A stretch of DNA of 64,000 nucleotides from Octopus sinensis (GCF_006345805.1 NC_043009.1:14818001-14882000); one strand, 5' to 3'; positions 26,091-40,284 are shown, numbered from the stretch's first letter. A program made the numbers and translations. The notes: generated by a model not told the origin, from the letters alone.

Positions 26091-26653
26091 GCTAATATTA
26101 CACAGTCAGAGTGAAAGTAAATAGCTTGCATATTAAGAGGAGTTCCTGTAGTTATTAAAGGTCTTTAAAAATTAACAAAATTTCGAATATTTATACCGGA
26201 GAACAGTAGAAAAAACACCAAGGAAATACACAATTATTGTAAGCCTACCTACCTCTGACTCAAGTAAATTCAACAAAGTGTATGATTCACACTATACGCA
26301 TCCAGGTCCATTGCATCGTATTAAAATATCTATCGTTATTAAATGTACGCTGAAGTAATACTCCATGTCTAAAATGTGATTATGATCAAGCACATAAAAC
26401 AATCTAAGAACAAATGCCAAATATTAAATATTAAGTTGAAATGAAGATCTTACAAATTCAACTCAGCATCTAAGGAAATAATATCTCTTCTCTCAATTAT
26501 GTTATAATGAGTAAAGCTACAAAACGTTTGTTAAGTTAAAGTCGCAAGTGTATAGTTTCAGGTTACTCATAATCATTTCATTGAAAATTTAGTATCCTTT
26601 CATAAACCAGCGAATCACAGAGCGATTAGTGATCTTTGAACTGATAGGGCAGT

Positions 26654-27005
<352 letters not shown>

Positions 27006-28580
27006 TGTATGTCTATCTCTCTCCCTACCTACTTACTTAACACTCCTGCTCAGGAGTTAATCTTATATAAATTTGAGTGTGTATGTGTTTGTGTTTGTGT
27101 GTTGTATGCGTGTGTGTGTGTGTGTGTATGTGTGCGTGTGTATGTGCATATATATAGCCTATATAGAAATTCATTTATAATTGTTATTATTCCAACAGTG
27201 CAGTGAAAATCATTTATTATAGTTTTGGTGAGAGATCAAAATTCTTTAGATATTGTTATGGAGGTCAAAGTTGACAGATTACCACGCAGAATTTGAAACG
27301 GAATATTCTTCATCTCACTATATGAGTTTATATGTGTATCTGTGTGCCAGTGCATGAGTGTTTGCGTGTGTGAGTGTGTGTGCGCGTACGCGTACATATG
27401 TGCGTGCGTATGTGTGAGTGTGTATACATTCTATTTTTGAATAATTGTATAAGTCACGTTCTGAGAATCCTCACACATGAGAAAAGACATTTGATCTTTT
27501 AATGACAGATATTTCTTGTTCTTTCCTCTGATCCCTTTGTCTACGGAATCTACTTATCAATCACTTGTCAATATCGACTTAAAATTCTCAGCTTCTTCGG
27601 CTATTTTAACTCACAAAATTAGAAACAAAAAGAAGCAAATATAATAAATAAATTAACAGATAATTACATGGATAAATTGCAGTACCGATTTGAATTATCG
27701 TGGTTTTACATTTCTCTTATTCTTTAACAATATCCTCCATACTGTGTGTGCATAACTCTATCACTTTCACTGCTCTGGTGCAGACCTGAATTTTTCAACA
27801 TCTTTCGCCCATACTCTATTAGCCGCTGTAAAGTTCTTTGTAACAAAAATACCGAGTTAATATATTTCATTTCCATGCACATGTATAAAAATCTCCATGT
27901 TTCCAACCATGCATTCACTACTTTGCATATGTATTAGTTGCAATTCATTGTTCATGTTTACACCTTCTCTTCAAATTGTTGATTTATATTATTAACATAC
28001 TAGTTGTTTGTGTGCGGTCTTACATTTAGTTCTTTAACTTATTTTATATGTAATCGTTGTATGGTTTCTGTTTCTTCCATCTTTATTTGAAAAGCGCTGC
28101 AACAAAGATTCCGTTTCATTGATTTCTCAACATGTTCCTAACAGGTTTTACTTTTTTTTGTTCAAATAGTTTCAGTTATGCATTAGTTTTGTTGCGTTCA
28201 TCTTCTGATATTCTATCATTAGAACTATTTCCATTCATTAACCTAAGACAGCCTTCTCAGAAGTTTAAAATTTCCTTAAGCAAAAAGAAAAGTTTCTAAA
28301 AGGAATTGGCAAACAATGTTACAATGTTCAATGAATCAATGAAGGTTCCCGTTAAGATAATTTACACGTAGGAAATTTTTCATGAGTAAACACGTAGTTC
28401 TTTTAGTATAAATAATTGACCTACGTTATACAGGTTTATACTACACTTATATACGTGCATGCATGTGTGCATACTTATACATATATATTGGCACGGGTGT
28501 GTGCATATAGATACATATATACATACATACATACACACACACATATATATATATATACATATATATATAATATATATATA

Positions 28581-28629
<49 letters not shown>

Positions 28630-28706
28630 AATGCATTTATACTATATGTATATACGTATATGTATACACAAATAGACACACACACATATATATATATAAA
28701 CTTATA

Positions 28707-28778
<72 letters not shown>

Positions 28779-29556
28779 AATATCAGTGCATACAGATATA
28801 CACATATATGTGTTTGTGAGTATTTATGGTTATGAATGCTTACATTTGTATAGGCTTGGGTGCGTACATGTCTGCTTGTATGCGTAGGCACTGTGTTAAG
28901 TATATAAATACAAGGATGCTTCGAAGATATACAATTGCAAGAAATACATTGAATTTTCATATCATGCGATTTGATTTTGTTAGATTTCTTGCCTGTAACT
29001 TAGTTATACTTAATGTAGTTTATAGAGTATAAGTGTCTAGCATATAATACTATGAAACTAGTCGGAGATGGTAATAGAAAATCAGCATAACAGAACCATA
29101 ACTGGCATAGATAGGTTTCGTATCTCTACTTCCATAGATCAATTCCCATTTAAAACGTCCTGCATTTTTGTTTGCTTCATAAAATAGTGCAATTTAATCT
29201 TGCAGAATTCTATATACATACATCTATAACGTTCTCCAAACGTTACTGCATTTCGACTTTATTTGAAACACGCACACATCTCAATCACAAGACATTCACA
29301 CGATTTAAATACTTCTAAAATATCTACAATATTTTCACTTTAGTAATCGTTCTTAAATTTAATTGAAGCGGTTTTTTCTGCCATTTGCTTTTCAGAGTAT
29401 ATCCTGGGTAAATCTTCTCTCTCTGCTACAAATTTTTCCATCTCCATAAGATACGCAAGAATATTCGGTTATATTTCGGTCATAACAAAACTATCACCAA
29501 TCCTCATTTCCTTTCTTCCAAAAGCTGACAAAGTGTTGTCACTATTCCTTCACCGT

Positions 29557-29760
29557 GAAGGTGGCCAGATGGCAACATCGTTATCACGCCGGGTAAAAGG
29601 TTTAGTGGCATTTCGTCAGTCTTCATGTTCAGCGTTCAAATTCCACCGAGGTAGACTATAACTATCATCCCTTTTGGCGTCGAGAAATTAAGTATGGTTT
29701 GAGTACTGAGGCCATTGTATTCGACTTACTCATTCCCCATAATTACTGGCTTTGTGAAAT
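29557..29760 (+). mobile_element. SINE family B, diverged
   Basis: GGTGGCCAGATGGCAACATCGTTATCACGCCGGG...GTTCAAATTCCACCGAGGTAGACT... Confidence 0.7.
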
Positions 29761-29910
29761 GTTCTTGTTGTAACGGTAAAATTTGGCAGTAACTTTCTTA
29801 ATACGCACCATCTGTTCATCGTCGTTCACGTCGCCCTTTGAAATTAAATGATAGCAAAACGTTACAGTTTATCGTTGTTGCACTTAATATTTATACAAGT
29901 CTTTCTTTAA

Positions 29911-31690
29911 CCCTTGGTCTCCCAGAGAAAATTTATACCACTAATTACCAACAGGGTCCATGGACCCAATATTTTTGTTTTTAATTTAATTTTATTTAAA
30001 CTACCTCAATTTCTTAGCTACATTATATATGCTATCAGGTGAATGAAGAATTACTGTTTCATAAAAATTTTAATTCATAAAATACAGCTTACAGAATATA
30101 TTATAAATTAAAAAATTACAAAAATACAGAATTACAAGTTTTCATTGCAGTGATTGCAGACATTGGAATGTTCTCGGCAAATTGGATTTTACAATTCTTA
30201 CATGTAGTGTGAGTTTTCCTGTCTATTTGTGTGTATGTGTGTGTGGTGGGGGGCTCACAAAGACGATCTCACCTTTTTCTGTGGCTGAGGAATCTCAAAT
30301 GAGGTTGAAGATCGTCTTCTTTTCTGGTTTTGTCGAGAATCTTTAGCGGAAATAGAAGATTGTTCGTCATGTTCTTATTCAGCATTAACTCCTTTCCTAA
30401 ATGAATTAGGCACTGTCTTCTTTTATCCTTGAAACTTTGCAAGTGAAGATGTTTAGCAACAATGAAAGCATTCACTGCACTTATATCAATCATGTTGTAG
30501 AATATAACCAGAAGCCATCTTCAAGTCATTATTTTGCAAGTGTATGTCATTACCATCTTATTTAGGGTATCCACTAATCCTTTTGTTTTGTTGTAACAGG
30601 TAGTAACTTTAGGTTTCTTTTCTGTACTTTTGGAATCAATTGAAGGCTAAGAGTGCATTGTACTAAAAATTGGGACTACATAATTTCTCTAGGCTATAGG
30701 ATCATTTCGAAATCCAGTTATTGTGCTGTTGATTTCTCCTCTTCCGTTTGTGAAAACACTTGGAAGTTCAACTCTGTTCTTTCTCATTGTTCCAACTAAA
30801 GTAGTTTTCTTCCTAAGCAGCTTTCGAGCCAATCCTAGACTTGTAAAAAAAATATCAAAAGTTATATGCAACCAGTATTTTCAAGGTATTTTACTAGGCC
30901 TTCAACGACTCTTGGACCTTGATTTGTCTTTCTCCCTTTTACTGGGTCTTTTCCAATGTAGATTTGCATTTTCCGGACATGTTTCACTGTCGCATAATGT
31001 ACACATTTTAATTCCATATTTCCCTGGATTTGAAAGAATATATACCGGGAGTGGACAGAGCTCTCTGAATGAAACTAATTGTTCATCAACTGTCATGCAA
31101 GAACTTGGAACATATTCATCTTGCAAGTTCTGATTCCACATTTCAAATACTTCCCTTATGGGCTCCAATTTATCATCACTTCTATTAGTTCTTCTTGCAC
31201 TAGCATCATCAAAACGCAATACCAGTAAAATATATTGAACTCTTACCCGGCTCAGAATTTTGTTGAATTTTGGGCGGCCATCTTCTTGACTCCATAACTG
31301 TGTGACATTTTTCGTGTTTAGATTTATAAACACCTATAAGAATAATCAATTCAATAAATGTATTTCGTTCAGAGTGATCAATTTCCTTCCATTTATCTTC
31401 GTAAACAATCTGACATTCAGCATTTGTTCATTTGCGAATTACTACAAGAGGATTCTGGCGCATAAAGATATTAAGACCTTTTAGCAAGACCTTTTAGCAA
31501 AGTGGGATTGTCCACATTCTTGGCGAACATTATTGCAAGATGAAATTCTTATTGCTGCTTGAATAAGAGGATTAAAACGCCAGACATTTTGTCTGTCTCT
31601 AGAAACATAGTACTCATTCATAATAGGGTATCTTCATTATCTGATGACATAGAACCTCAACTGTCCGTTGTGTAAAACAACAAAAAAATG
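29911..31690 (-). mobile_element. piggyBac-like DNA transposon, one end visible
   Basis: TTAA|CCCTT terminus at 29907-29915 with a transposase remnant inside. I did not find the opposite terminus (AAGGG|TTAA). Confidence 0.8.
30140..31640 (-). pseudogene. piggyBac (PGBD4-like) transposase, frameshifted
   Basis: LRFDD, DKLEPIREVF, TVDEQLVSFR..CP..PGKYGIK, ITFDIFFTSLGLARKLL.KKTTLVGTMRKN, MIDISAVNAFIV and a C-terminal Cys-rich domain (PICREHS.VC.HC). Confidence 0.9.
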
Positions 31691-31918
31691 ATGGTAAATA
31701 TCCGTCAAATGTAAATAATGTAGATAATTCCTAATCTCTTAAATATAGAACTGTATCATTGGATCTAGTTATTGTCGCCTGACTTATAATGTCACAAGTA
31801 TATTTAACAATACATGATACCACTACGCCATATGCCCGTGGGCACATGACGTAGTGGTTAAGAGCACGGGCTACTAACCCCAAGATTCCGAGTTCGATTC
31901 CAGTCAGTGGCCTAATTA

Positions 31919-31987
<69 letters not shown>

Positions 31988-32034
31988 TGATGATGATGAT
32001 GATGATGATAATAATAAAAATAATAACAACAACC

Positions 32035-32067
<33 letters not shown>

Positions 32068-32293
32068 TCGGAATTACCTTAGGAATGAGAACCCAGGTTC
32101 GAAATTTCCCCAAGACACCTGTTGAAGGCTGACATTTTGTGTTAACAACAAACAAGATGAGGACAAATATCCTCCAAATATAAATAATATAAATAATGTT
32201 CATAATTCCTGAACGCTTAAATATAGAACTGTATCATTGGATCTAGATATTGTCGCCTGACTCGTAATGTCACACGTATATTTAACAATACAT
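31668..32293 (+). mobile_element. Tandem element: tRNA-like head, (AAT/GAT/AAC)n, hammerhead remnant and a ~150-bp tail present twice
   Basis: tRNA-like head 31840-31913 (A box TGACGTAGTGG, B box GAGTTCGATTCC). Direct repeats at about 31668-31815 and 32132-32293. ACAC-CTGTTGA-AGGCTG..TGTGT at about 32116-32140. Confidence 0.6.
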
Positions 32294-32440
32294 ATCAAAA
32301 TATGACGGATATTTCTGCTTTTCCATCTTGATTTAAGGCACCTACTTTCGAATTACCATCATCGAATTCTTATTTCGATTTCAAGAATATATTTCAGGTT
32401 GGTTCTGAATGGTTATCAACAATTTTTTCTCTCTACACGA

Positions 32441-32593
32441 GGCGCAAGAGTGGCTGCGTAGTAAGTAGCTTGCTTACCAACCACATGGTTACGGGTTCAG
32501 TCCCAGTACGTGGTATATTGCGCAAGTATCTTCTACTATAGTCTGAAGTCTTCTACTTTTGACGGAAACTGAAAGAAGCCCGTCGTATCTATG

Positions 32594-32673
<80 letters not shown>

Positions 32674-33120
32674 AAATTAAAAAAGGAAAATACGCACACT
32701 ATTTTTTCTTAAGAAGAAATACCTATTCAAATAATTAAAACATAGTATCATGAATAGCGATAGCGAAACCGGTCGATATATCAAAATTATATTAAAACTA
32801 TGTAAGTGTGCGTATTTCCCTTTTTAATTTCTTATATACATTACAACTCACCACGTGGGAATAATCGAAATTCCTCTTTTCTGTTAATACTACTATATAT
32901 ATATAAATATGACTGTGTGTCTGTGTTTGTACCCTACCATCGCTTGATAACTGATGTTGGTGTGTTTACATCTCTGTAACTTAGTGATTCGGCAAAAGAA
33001 ACAGATAGAATTAGGACTAAGGTTAGAAAGAATAAGTCCTGGGATCGATTTGTTCGTCTAAAGGCGGTACTCTAGCAGGGCTGCAATCAAATGACTGAAA
33101 CAAATAAAAGAATAAAAGAA
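32441..33120 (+). mobile_element. SINE family A split at its internal microsatellite by a PLE-type insert
   Basis: 5' half 32441-32615 (GGCGCAAGAGTGGCTGCGTAGTAAGTAGCTTGCTTACCAACC). 3' half 32900-33120 (CGCTTGATAAC..TTCGGCAAAAGA..GATAGAAT..AAATGACTGAAACAAATAAAAGAATAAAAGAA). Confidence 0.8.
32745..32779 (+). ncRNA. Minimal type I hammerhead motif with an A3-U8 core
   Basis: GTATC-ATGAATA-GC(GATA)GC-GAAAC-CG-GTC-GATAT. Stem I is 5 bp, stem II is 2 bp, stem III is the ACCGGT palindrome and the triplet is GUC. Confidence 0.6.
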
Positions 33121-33647
33121 AGAGTATGATTAATGGACATCCGTTGCTCTTTGCAATCATCCATGCTTACAAATTATTTCATTTAAATACTGGATTGAAA
33201 TCGCATCACAAACATAGCACTTTTACTATCCATAATATTGCGATGTATAGATGTGACACACATCGATATAATTCATCTTCTAAATCATTTATCTTATATC
33301 ATTTCCATGCTTTGTTCTATGCATTTGTTCCGGGTCTTAATATCTGTTATCCTTCAGATAACATTCACCTGAATAATGCATATCACAGCTGCACTATCCC
33401 TATGAACAGAAATCTCAAAAACGTTATAAAATATGATCATATCAATCTTGTCTCACACAGCAACATAAAATATAATCAATATTTTCGAAGAAAGCTACAA
33501 ACCCGTAGAATATTGTCAATATTCAACTTGATCTCTCAATATCACTTTAAATGCCGGCCCACGACATCACTGATTGTTTAACTCAGGAATCACACATTTG
33601 CAACAGCAAATTTATGTCACGGAAATTTATCTTTATTTTTAGAGTGT

Positions 33648-33955
33648 GAGGTACATGGGCTAGTGGTTAGAGAAGCGGACTCGGATTTAAGGGATGACGA
33701 GTTCGAATCTAAGACTGAGCGATGTGTGTGTTTATGAGCGAAACACTTAAGCTCCACGCGGCCCCGACAGAAGGTAATGGCGATCTTCAGCTGACTCTTT
33801 CGCCACAACTTTCTCTCACTCTTTCCTCCTGCATCTAGTAGCTCACCTGTGACGGACCAGCGTCCCGTTAAGGTGGGGAACCTATACGTCAATGAAACTG
33901 GGAATCCGGCCCTTATGAACCAGGAATGGCTCGAGAAGGAAAGAAAAACAACTAC
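33648..33955 (+). mobile_element. tRNA-derived SINE family D
   Basis: A box ATGGGCTAGTGGTTAGAG, B box GAGTTCGAATCT, tail GTGACGGACCAGCGTCCCG...GGCCCTTATGAACCAGGAATGGCTCGAGAAGGAA. Confidence 0.7.
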
Positions 33956-35019
33956 ATAACTAGCTATGTATCTATATATTGAAGAAACGATATCCTTAAG
34001 AACACTTCATGTGATGATGTGAATCTACTGAATGTTCTATACAAGAATCCTTTCATCTGACTTCCACGAATAATTTCCAGAAAACTATGTTCCGGGGCAA
34101 TTCCTTTTTCCGGTGAAAATTGACGGTATCGCTTGCGCGGTTTTACCGAGCCTATCAGAGCAAGAAGGTATGAACGAAGCCTTGAACGCAACATTTCAAG
34201 TGTCGAACACATACATTTTGTAAGAAATGTTTTGAGTAGTCGCTGAAGCATGGAGGTTGGATCTCGCTATTTATGAAGTACGTCATGGTCAAGCAATATA
34301 ATCACGACACTTGTTGATGATTTGTCTGTAGGTGCAGCGCGTACCTCGAGATCCCGAATCCAGAATATTAAAAACCCCAACTTCTATCGCTTTTGTCAGA
34401 GCCATGCATTTCAGAAGTACTACAGTGTCTTCAATGTTATTTTGCAAGTCGGTTTTCCCTGTTTCGACTGGACAACCATTGAACACCTGTGAGATGTATA
34501 ATTCTAGCTAATTATATAATTTTAGATATATCATTTTAGCTTCATATACATTTAGAAATACAGAGGGCCGCGCGCATTATTTTGTTCCTTCATAATAGCT
34601 ATACACGTAACGCGTCTTCTTCTTCCATGATACACACACAGCTGTGTATTTTTATGTAATCTAACTTACTCAAGAATACGCAAAACATTCAACGTCACAC
34701 ATATCTTGCACCCATCCTTTATCTTTCTTTTAGCAATGAAATTTATTTCCCTCCCAAAACTTTCCAATTGATCTGTAATCATGATTAAAAATCGACTCGC
34801 TGCAAATACTTCTGTTACGGAAAAAACAAAGCTACTCTCCGTTCTGCCTATATTTAATCTTGTATTTAATGAATAACATACTGTCCGAAACTGGAGTAGA
34901 ATTTTATCTTTGTTCTTACTGCGTCTCGTCTACTAATAGATTTGTTTTGTATTTGCTTGTAAACCTTTTATGATGTTCCCTTGAAATTTTCAGCATGTTG
35001 GCGCAGAAATTACGTCCGC

Positions 35020-35900
35020 CTTTCCTCGGGGATTTATATTTCGGATTAAATTTCTTCTTTTGCTATCATTCTTAGGGCACCTATGACAACAGGTATTGTA
35101 TTAGTCTTCAGGTTACACATTTTGCCAATTTCTATTTCACGATCATTATACTTGGTCAGTTTTTCGTAGGTCTTGACAGATACATTTATGTCGATTGGGA
35201 CAATCATCGATGAGGAGGCATGGTTTTTGTCTGGTCTTTCAATGTAATTTCTGGCCTATTCGCATCAATCTTTCTGTCAGTTTTGAACAGTGAATTTCCA
35301 GATGAGTGAGATGTGATCATTTTGAAACACTGGGGGCTGTTTGTATTCCCACCAGTGTTTATCATGGGGCAGGTCCAGGTGTTTGTAAATTCACCAGAGA
35401 ATGTATTGTGCTGCTCTATCATGCCTGTTGACATACTCTGTAGGCGCAAGAAGACTTCACATGGAGATAAAATGATAAATGGTTTCATTTTGTTGTTTAT
35501 ATACACGACATGTTGGGCCAAACAAAAGAGGACTGTTGATAGAGTGTCACACTGGAAAATTCCACATGACATTCATACATCTCCAGCATTGAGAAAGGCA
35601 TTGTCACTGATCAAAGTCTGTGTGGTTCTCCATGTTTTCATACTTACAGACTAGAGGTTTCTCAGTTCTATTTTATACGTTTTCCAGACATCTCTTAATC
35701 CAGCTATGTGGTAGACTAGCAAAAGCTTTTTTATAGTCTAACCAGACTATCGACAAGTTTTTGTGTCCTTTGTGATAATGTTCCAATATCATCTTATTGA
35801 TGAGTAGCTGATCCCAACAACCATATGACCTACGTTTAAATCCTTTTGCTCATTAGGGAATACGCCACTTTTTATTAAAACACATTAGGTATATTCAGTG
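35020..35900 (-). mobile_element. RLE-type (R2/R4/NeSL group) non-LTR retrotransposon fragment, decayed
   Basis: Frameshifted EYVNRHDRAAQYIHW, TDRKIDANRPEI..KD..KTCLLID and IPVVIGAL motifs (CCHC knuckle plus PD..D endonuclease). Confidence 0.8.
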
Positions 35901-36027
35901 AAGACAGATGTTAGTATTTTATACACTGTTGTTAAGCAGGTTATGGGTCTATAATTTTTGGTTCATTTGTTTTGGAAGTAGGAATGTTATGACATTAGCT
36001 AGCCAAGAGGGTAGCATATTAGGTTGT

Positions 36028-36871
<844 letters not shown>

Positions 36872-36965
<94 letters not shown>

Positions 36966-37055
36966 TATTATTATTGTTGTGTTTGCTGTTGTTGTTGCTG
37001 TTGTTGTTGTTGGTGGTGGTGTTATTGTAGTTGTTGTTGCTGTTATTATTATTGA
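36872..37055. repeat. (TTA)n grading into (GTT/GGT)n
   Basis: Trinucleotide array; source of the poly-N/L/I ORFs. Confidence 0.95.
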
Positions 37056-38648
37056 TATGATTCATTTTACCATCATTTTCGATGATTTATACATACACAC
37101 GCATATATTAAACAAAAGAAAAATGATTTTTTAAAACAACATTACACTCGTGTCAGTAGAATGATTTGAAATGCAAGAGTATTACATTATTTTTAAGATA
37201 TCGAATAACATGGCTTTATAATCACCTCATGAACTTGTATCATCTACCAGATGCCATGGCAAACTTTCCGTTAAATCCATGAGGAAAAAATATTTATCAA
37301 TGAAATTGCAACACGAAGATTAACATAGGCTAGGGATATCATATTTGCTGAGTAATCCTCGTAAGGTATGTAGTGTTAGAGAAGAGTGGTTGAATAAGCA
37401 TATATAATTCATAACTTCAAATTTACTACTTATCAAGGGATATTAAAAATTGATGACAAAACAGCTAGCTGTATTCTAAAATGATATAAGCTTATCGTGC
37501 TTATACATACATATATATTTTTTGAAGCAGTTCCTGAATATCAAGTTAACCGATTTCATTTTCCTCCCTATATTTACATACAAAATATATATTTACGTAG
37601 GATCAAGAAACGAAAATTTCACATTTAATACATTTGCTAAAACTTATTGCCATGCAGTTTATATACAGAAAACTTTTGATTTCATCATTACTCATAACAC
37701 CCCCTTCTTTAGTACTGATTTCTAATCTACAGTATTTTAAGTTTTAAATAAATGCGTTTCAATTTTAAGTGAATCATACGTGCTATCGTCTAACTTCATT
37801 AAAAATATAAACCATTTTCATATACGAAATATAATATTTGTTTGCTTATAAATAAACACAGTTTCAATTGATAATGATTTACTATTTACTATGTGGAATT
37901 TTATAAAAGAAATTCTAAAAAGTATGCTTTTAGTTGTCATTCTCGACATATTTCCAAACTGGAAAGAGATTCTGATAGTGAGTTCGTAGATGGTTTATAC
38001 TGTAATATGCTTTGAACGATTAAATTTGTTATTGTTAGGTCACGTCATTGTAAAGATCTATTCACCAAAATAGATATTAACGTGCTAGCAACCACATATA
38101 AATCGCAATATTTGTGCATAATTCTCGTTGATTTCATAAGAAAATATATTAATGCAATTTGTTTACTTTAAAAGAACAGGGCACTATGCGAACTCGATGA
38201 TGGAACAGACAATTAGTATGAAATTGATTTACTAGCAATAAGGAGTCAGAACATGTTTCTGTGTTCAATAAAATGATACGATTGACAATGTGTAGTAGAT
38301 GGTGCTCAATATGTATATATTACTTCGGAAGTACGGTAATAGACGATATAGTGAGTTAGGTGTATGTCATTGAGACAAATTTCGAAAATATTATTACATA
38401 TCAGACATTGCCAGAAGCATTTGGAATTTACATTTTCATGTTAAAAAAGTTGTTTCCTCCAACCTAATGAAAAATTATTGGTAAATATCATGTACGTTAC
38501 AATTACACGATCACTTAGTTATCTCTATCAATAATGTTACAACACTTCGTCAGTTGATGATATTAAATCACTGTACATATATACATACATTCACGCATGC
38601 ATATATACATAATTACATATATATAATATATATATTATAATATATTTA

Positions 38649-38699
<51 letters not shown>

Positions 38700-38703
<4 letters not shown>

Positions 38704-38816
38704 TATGCACGCATAAATATTTACATGCATAGATATGTACATATATACCTATATTTCTAACTACTTATCTATATGTATAAGAGTATATGTGCATTTTCTC
38801 TTCTTTTTTCTTTCTG

Positions 38817-38862
<46 letters not shown>

Positions 38863-39022
38863 ATATATATATATATATAATATATATTATATATATATAT
38901 ATATATATGCACGCATAAATATTTACATGCATAGATATGTACATATATACCTATATCTCTAACTACTTATCTATATGTATAAGAGTATATGTGCATTTTC
39001 TCTTCTTTTTTCTTTCTGTCTG

Positions 39023-39056
<34 letters not shown>

Positions 39057-39182
39057 TATATATATATATATATGCACGCATAAATATTTACATGCATAGA
39101 TATGTACATATATACCTATATTCTAACTACTTATCTATATGTATAAGAGTATATGTGCATTTTCTCTTCTTTTTTCTTTCTG

Positions 39183-39260
<78 letters not shown>
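38700..39260 (+). repeat. Three tandem copies of a ~130-bp core plus (TC)n(TA)n tail
   Basis: TGCACGCATAAATATTTACATGCATAGATATGTAC..TATGTATAAGAGTATATGTGCATTTTCTCTTC starts at about 38705, 38908 and 39073. Confidence 0.9.
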
Positions 39261-40057
39261 GAATGATCAACAGGAAGAAAAGGACAATGCTTCAAAGGAA
39301 AGGGATACGTGGAAGACGGGGGAAAGTGAGTAGAGAAAATAAAGAGAAAAATTTCAGGTCCGAATGGGAATGCTAGTCTAAGGCTAAGAGTTTTGAAACA
39401 AGGATGAATCGTTGAATTGTGTATATTTATAGGAGGGAAAATGATGTGTATGGAAACGGACACTGTGATCGGGATTTGTTTTGCCGGGATGCGTACACCG
39501 TGGGAGCAGGTAGTGAGTTCTGGATGTGTGTAACTGTGTAAGTTCTGGATGTGTGTAACTGTGCAAGACGAATGCGTAAATAAGGGAATTCAAGAAGATG
39601 TAGTAGGTGACAACATAATATATATATACACATACATGATATTTATATATATATATTGCTAACATTTACCTAAAACATGTGTAGAAACAACACGCTGATG
39701 TATTAGTTTAATGCTCTAGAAGAATGGAACAGTTTTTATTTTGTTTCGCACCTTCGCTCTTCAACAAGAAGGATTAAGACAGAAGAAAAGGAGAGAGTAG
39801 GAAAAAGAAACGGTGACAGAAAATTACATTTTATAGCGGGGTTAACGTTGCAACATGACGAAATAGACAGAAGGCTGAATGAAAGAGAGCCAAATGTATG
39901 CATATGTGTTTGTGTGCGCACACACACCACACACACACCCACGCGCGCATATTATCCTTATTTATAAATATATATATATATAAAAATTTGCACTTAAGGT
40001 TACTTCAGAAATGTAATTTCATAAGGATTGTTGGCGATTTTCTCTTTGAATTTTATC

Positions 40058-40095
40058 CTTTCCCGTGGAGAGCTATGCTCGAAACATTAACGACT
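40058..40095 (+). ncRNA. Degenerate hammerhead-like motif (CCGTGGA core)
   Basis: CCGTGGA-GAGC(TAT)GCTC-GAAAC. Stems I and III are decayed. Same family as 60355-60395. Confidence 0.35.
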
Positions 40096-40213
40096 TTATC
40101 CTTTCACCGAGCATCAAATTACTGCATTGCTTGTGAACCCCCTATGTTGATCTTTTCCCTTTTTCTTTGTTTTTTAATTGTCTGCTCTCTGAAGTGACTA
40201 ATCGTATATATAT

Positions 40214-40284
<71 letters not shown>

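Noticed and set aside
31840-31913. tRNA gene (apparent anticodon ACT); similar tRNA-like heads at 44687-44756, 21990-22054 and 33648-33715
   Set aside because: The acceptor and anticodon stems are broken and the heads are attached to repeat bodies; they are SINE heads, not tRNA genes.
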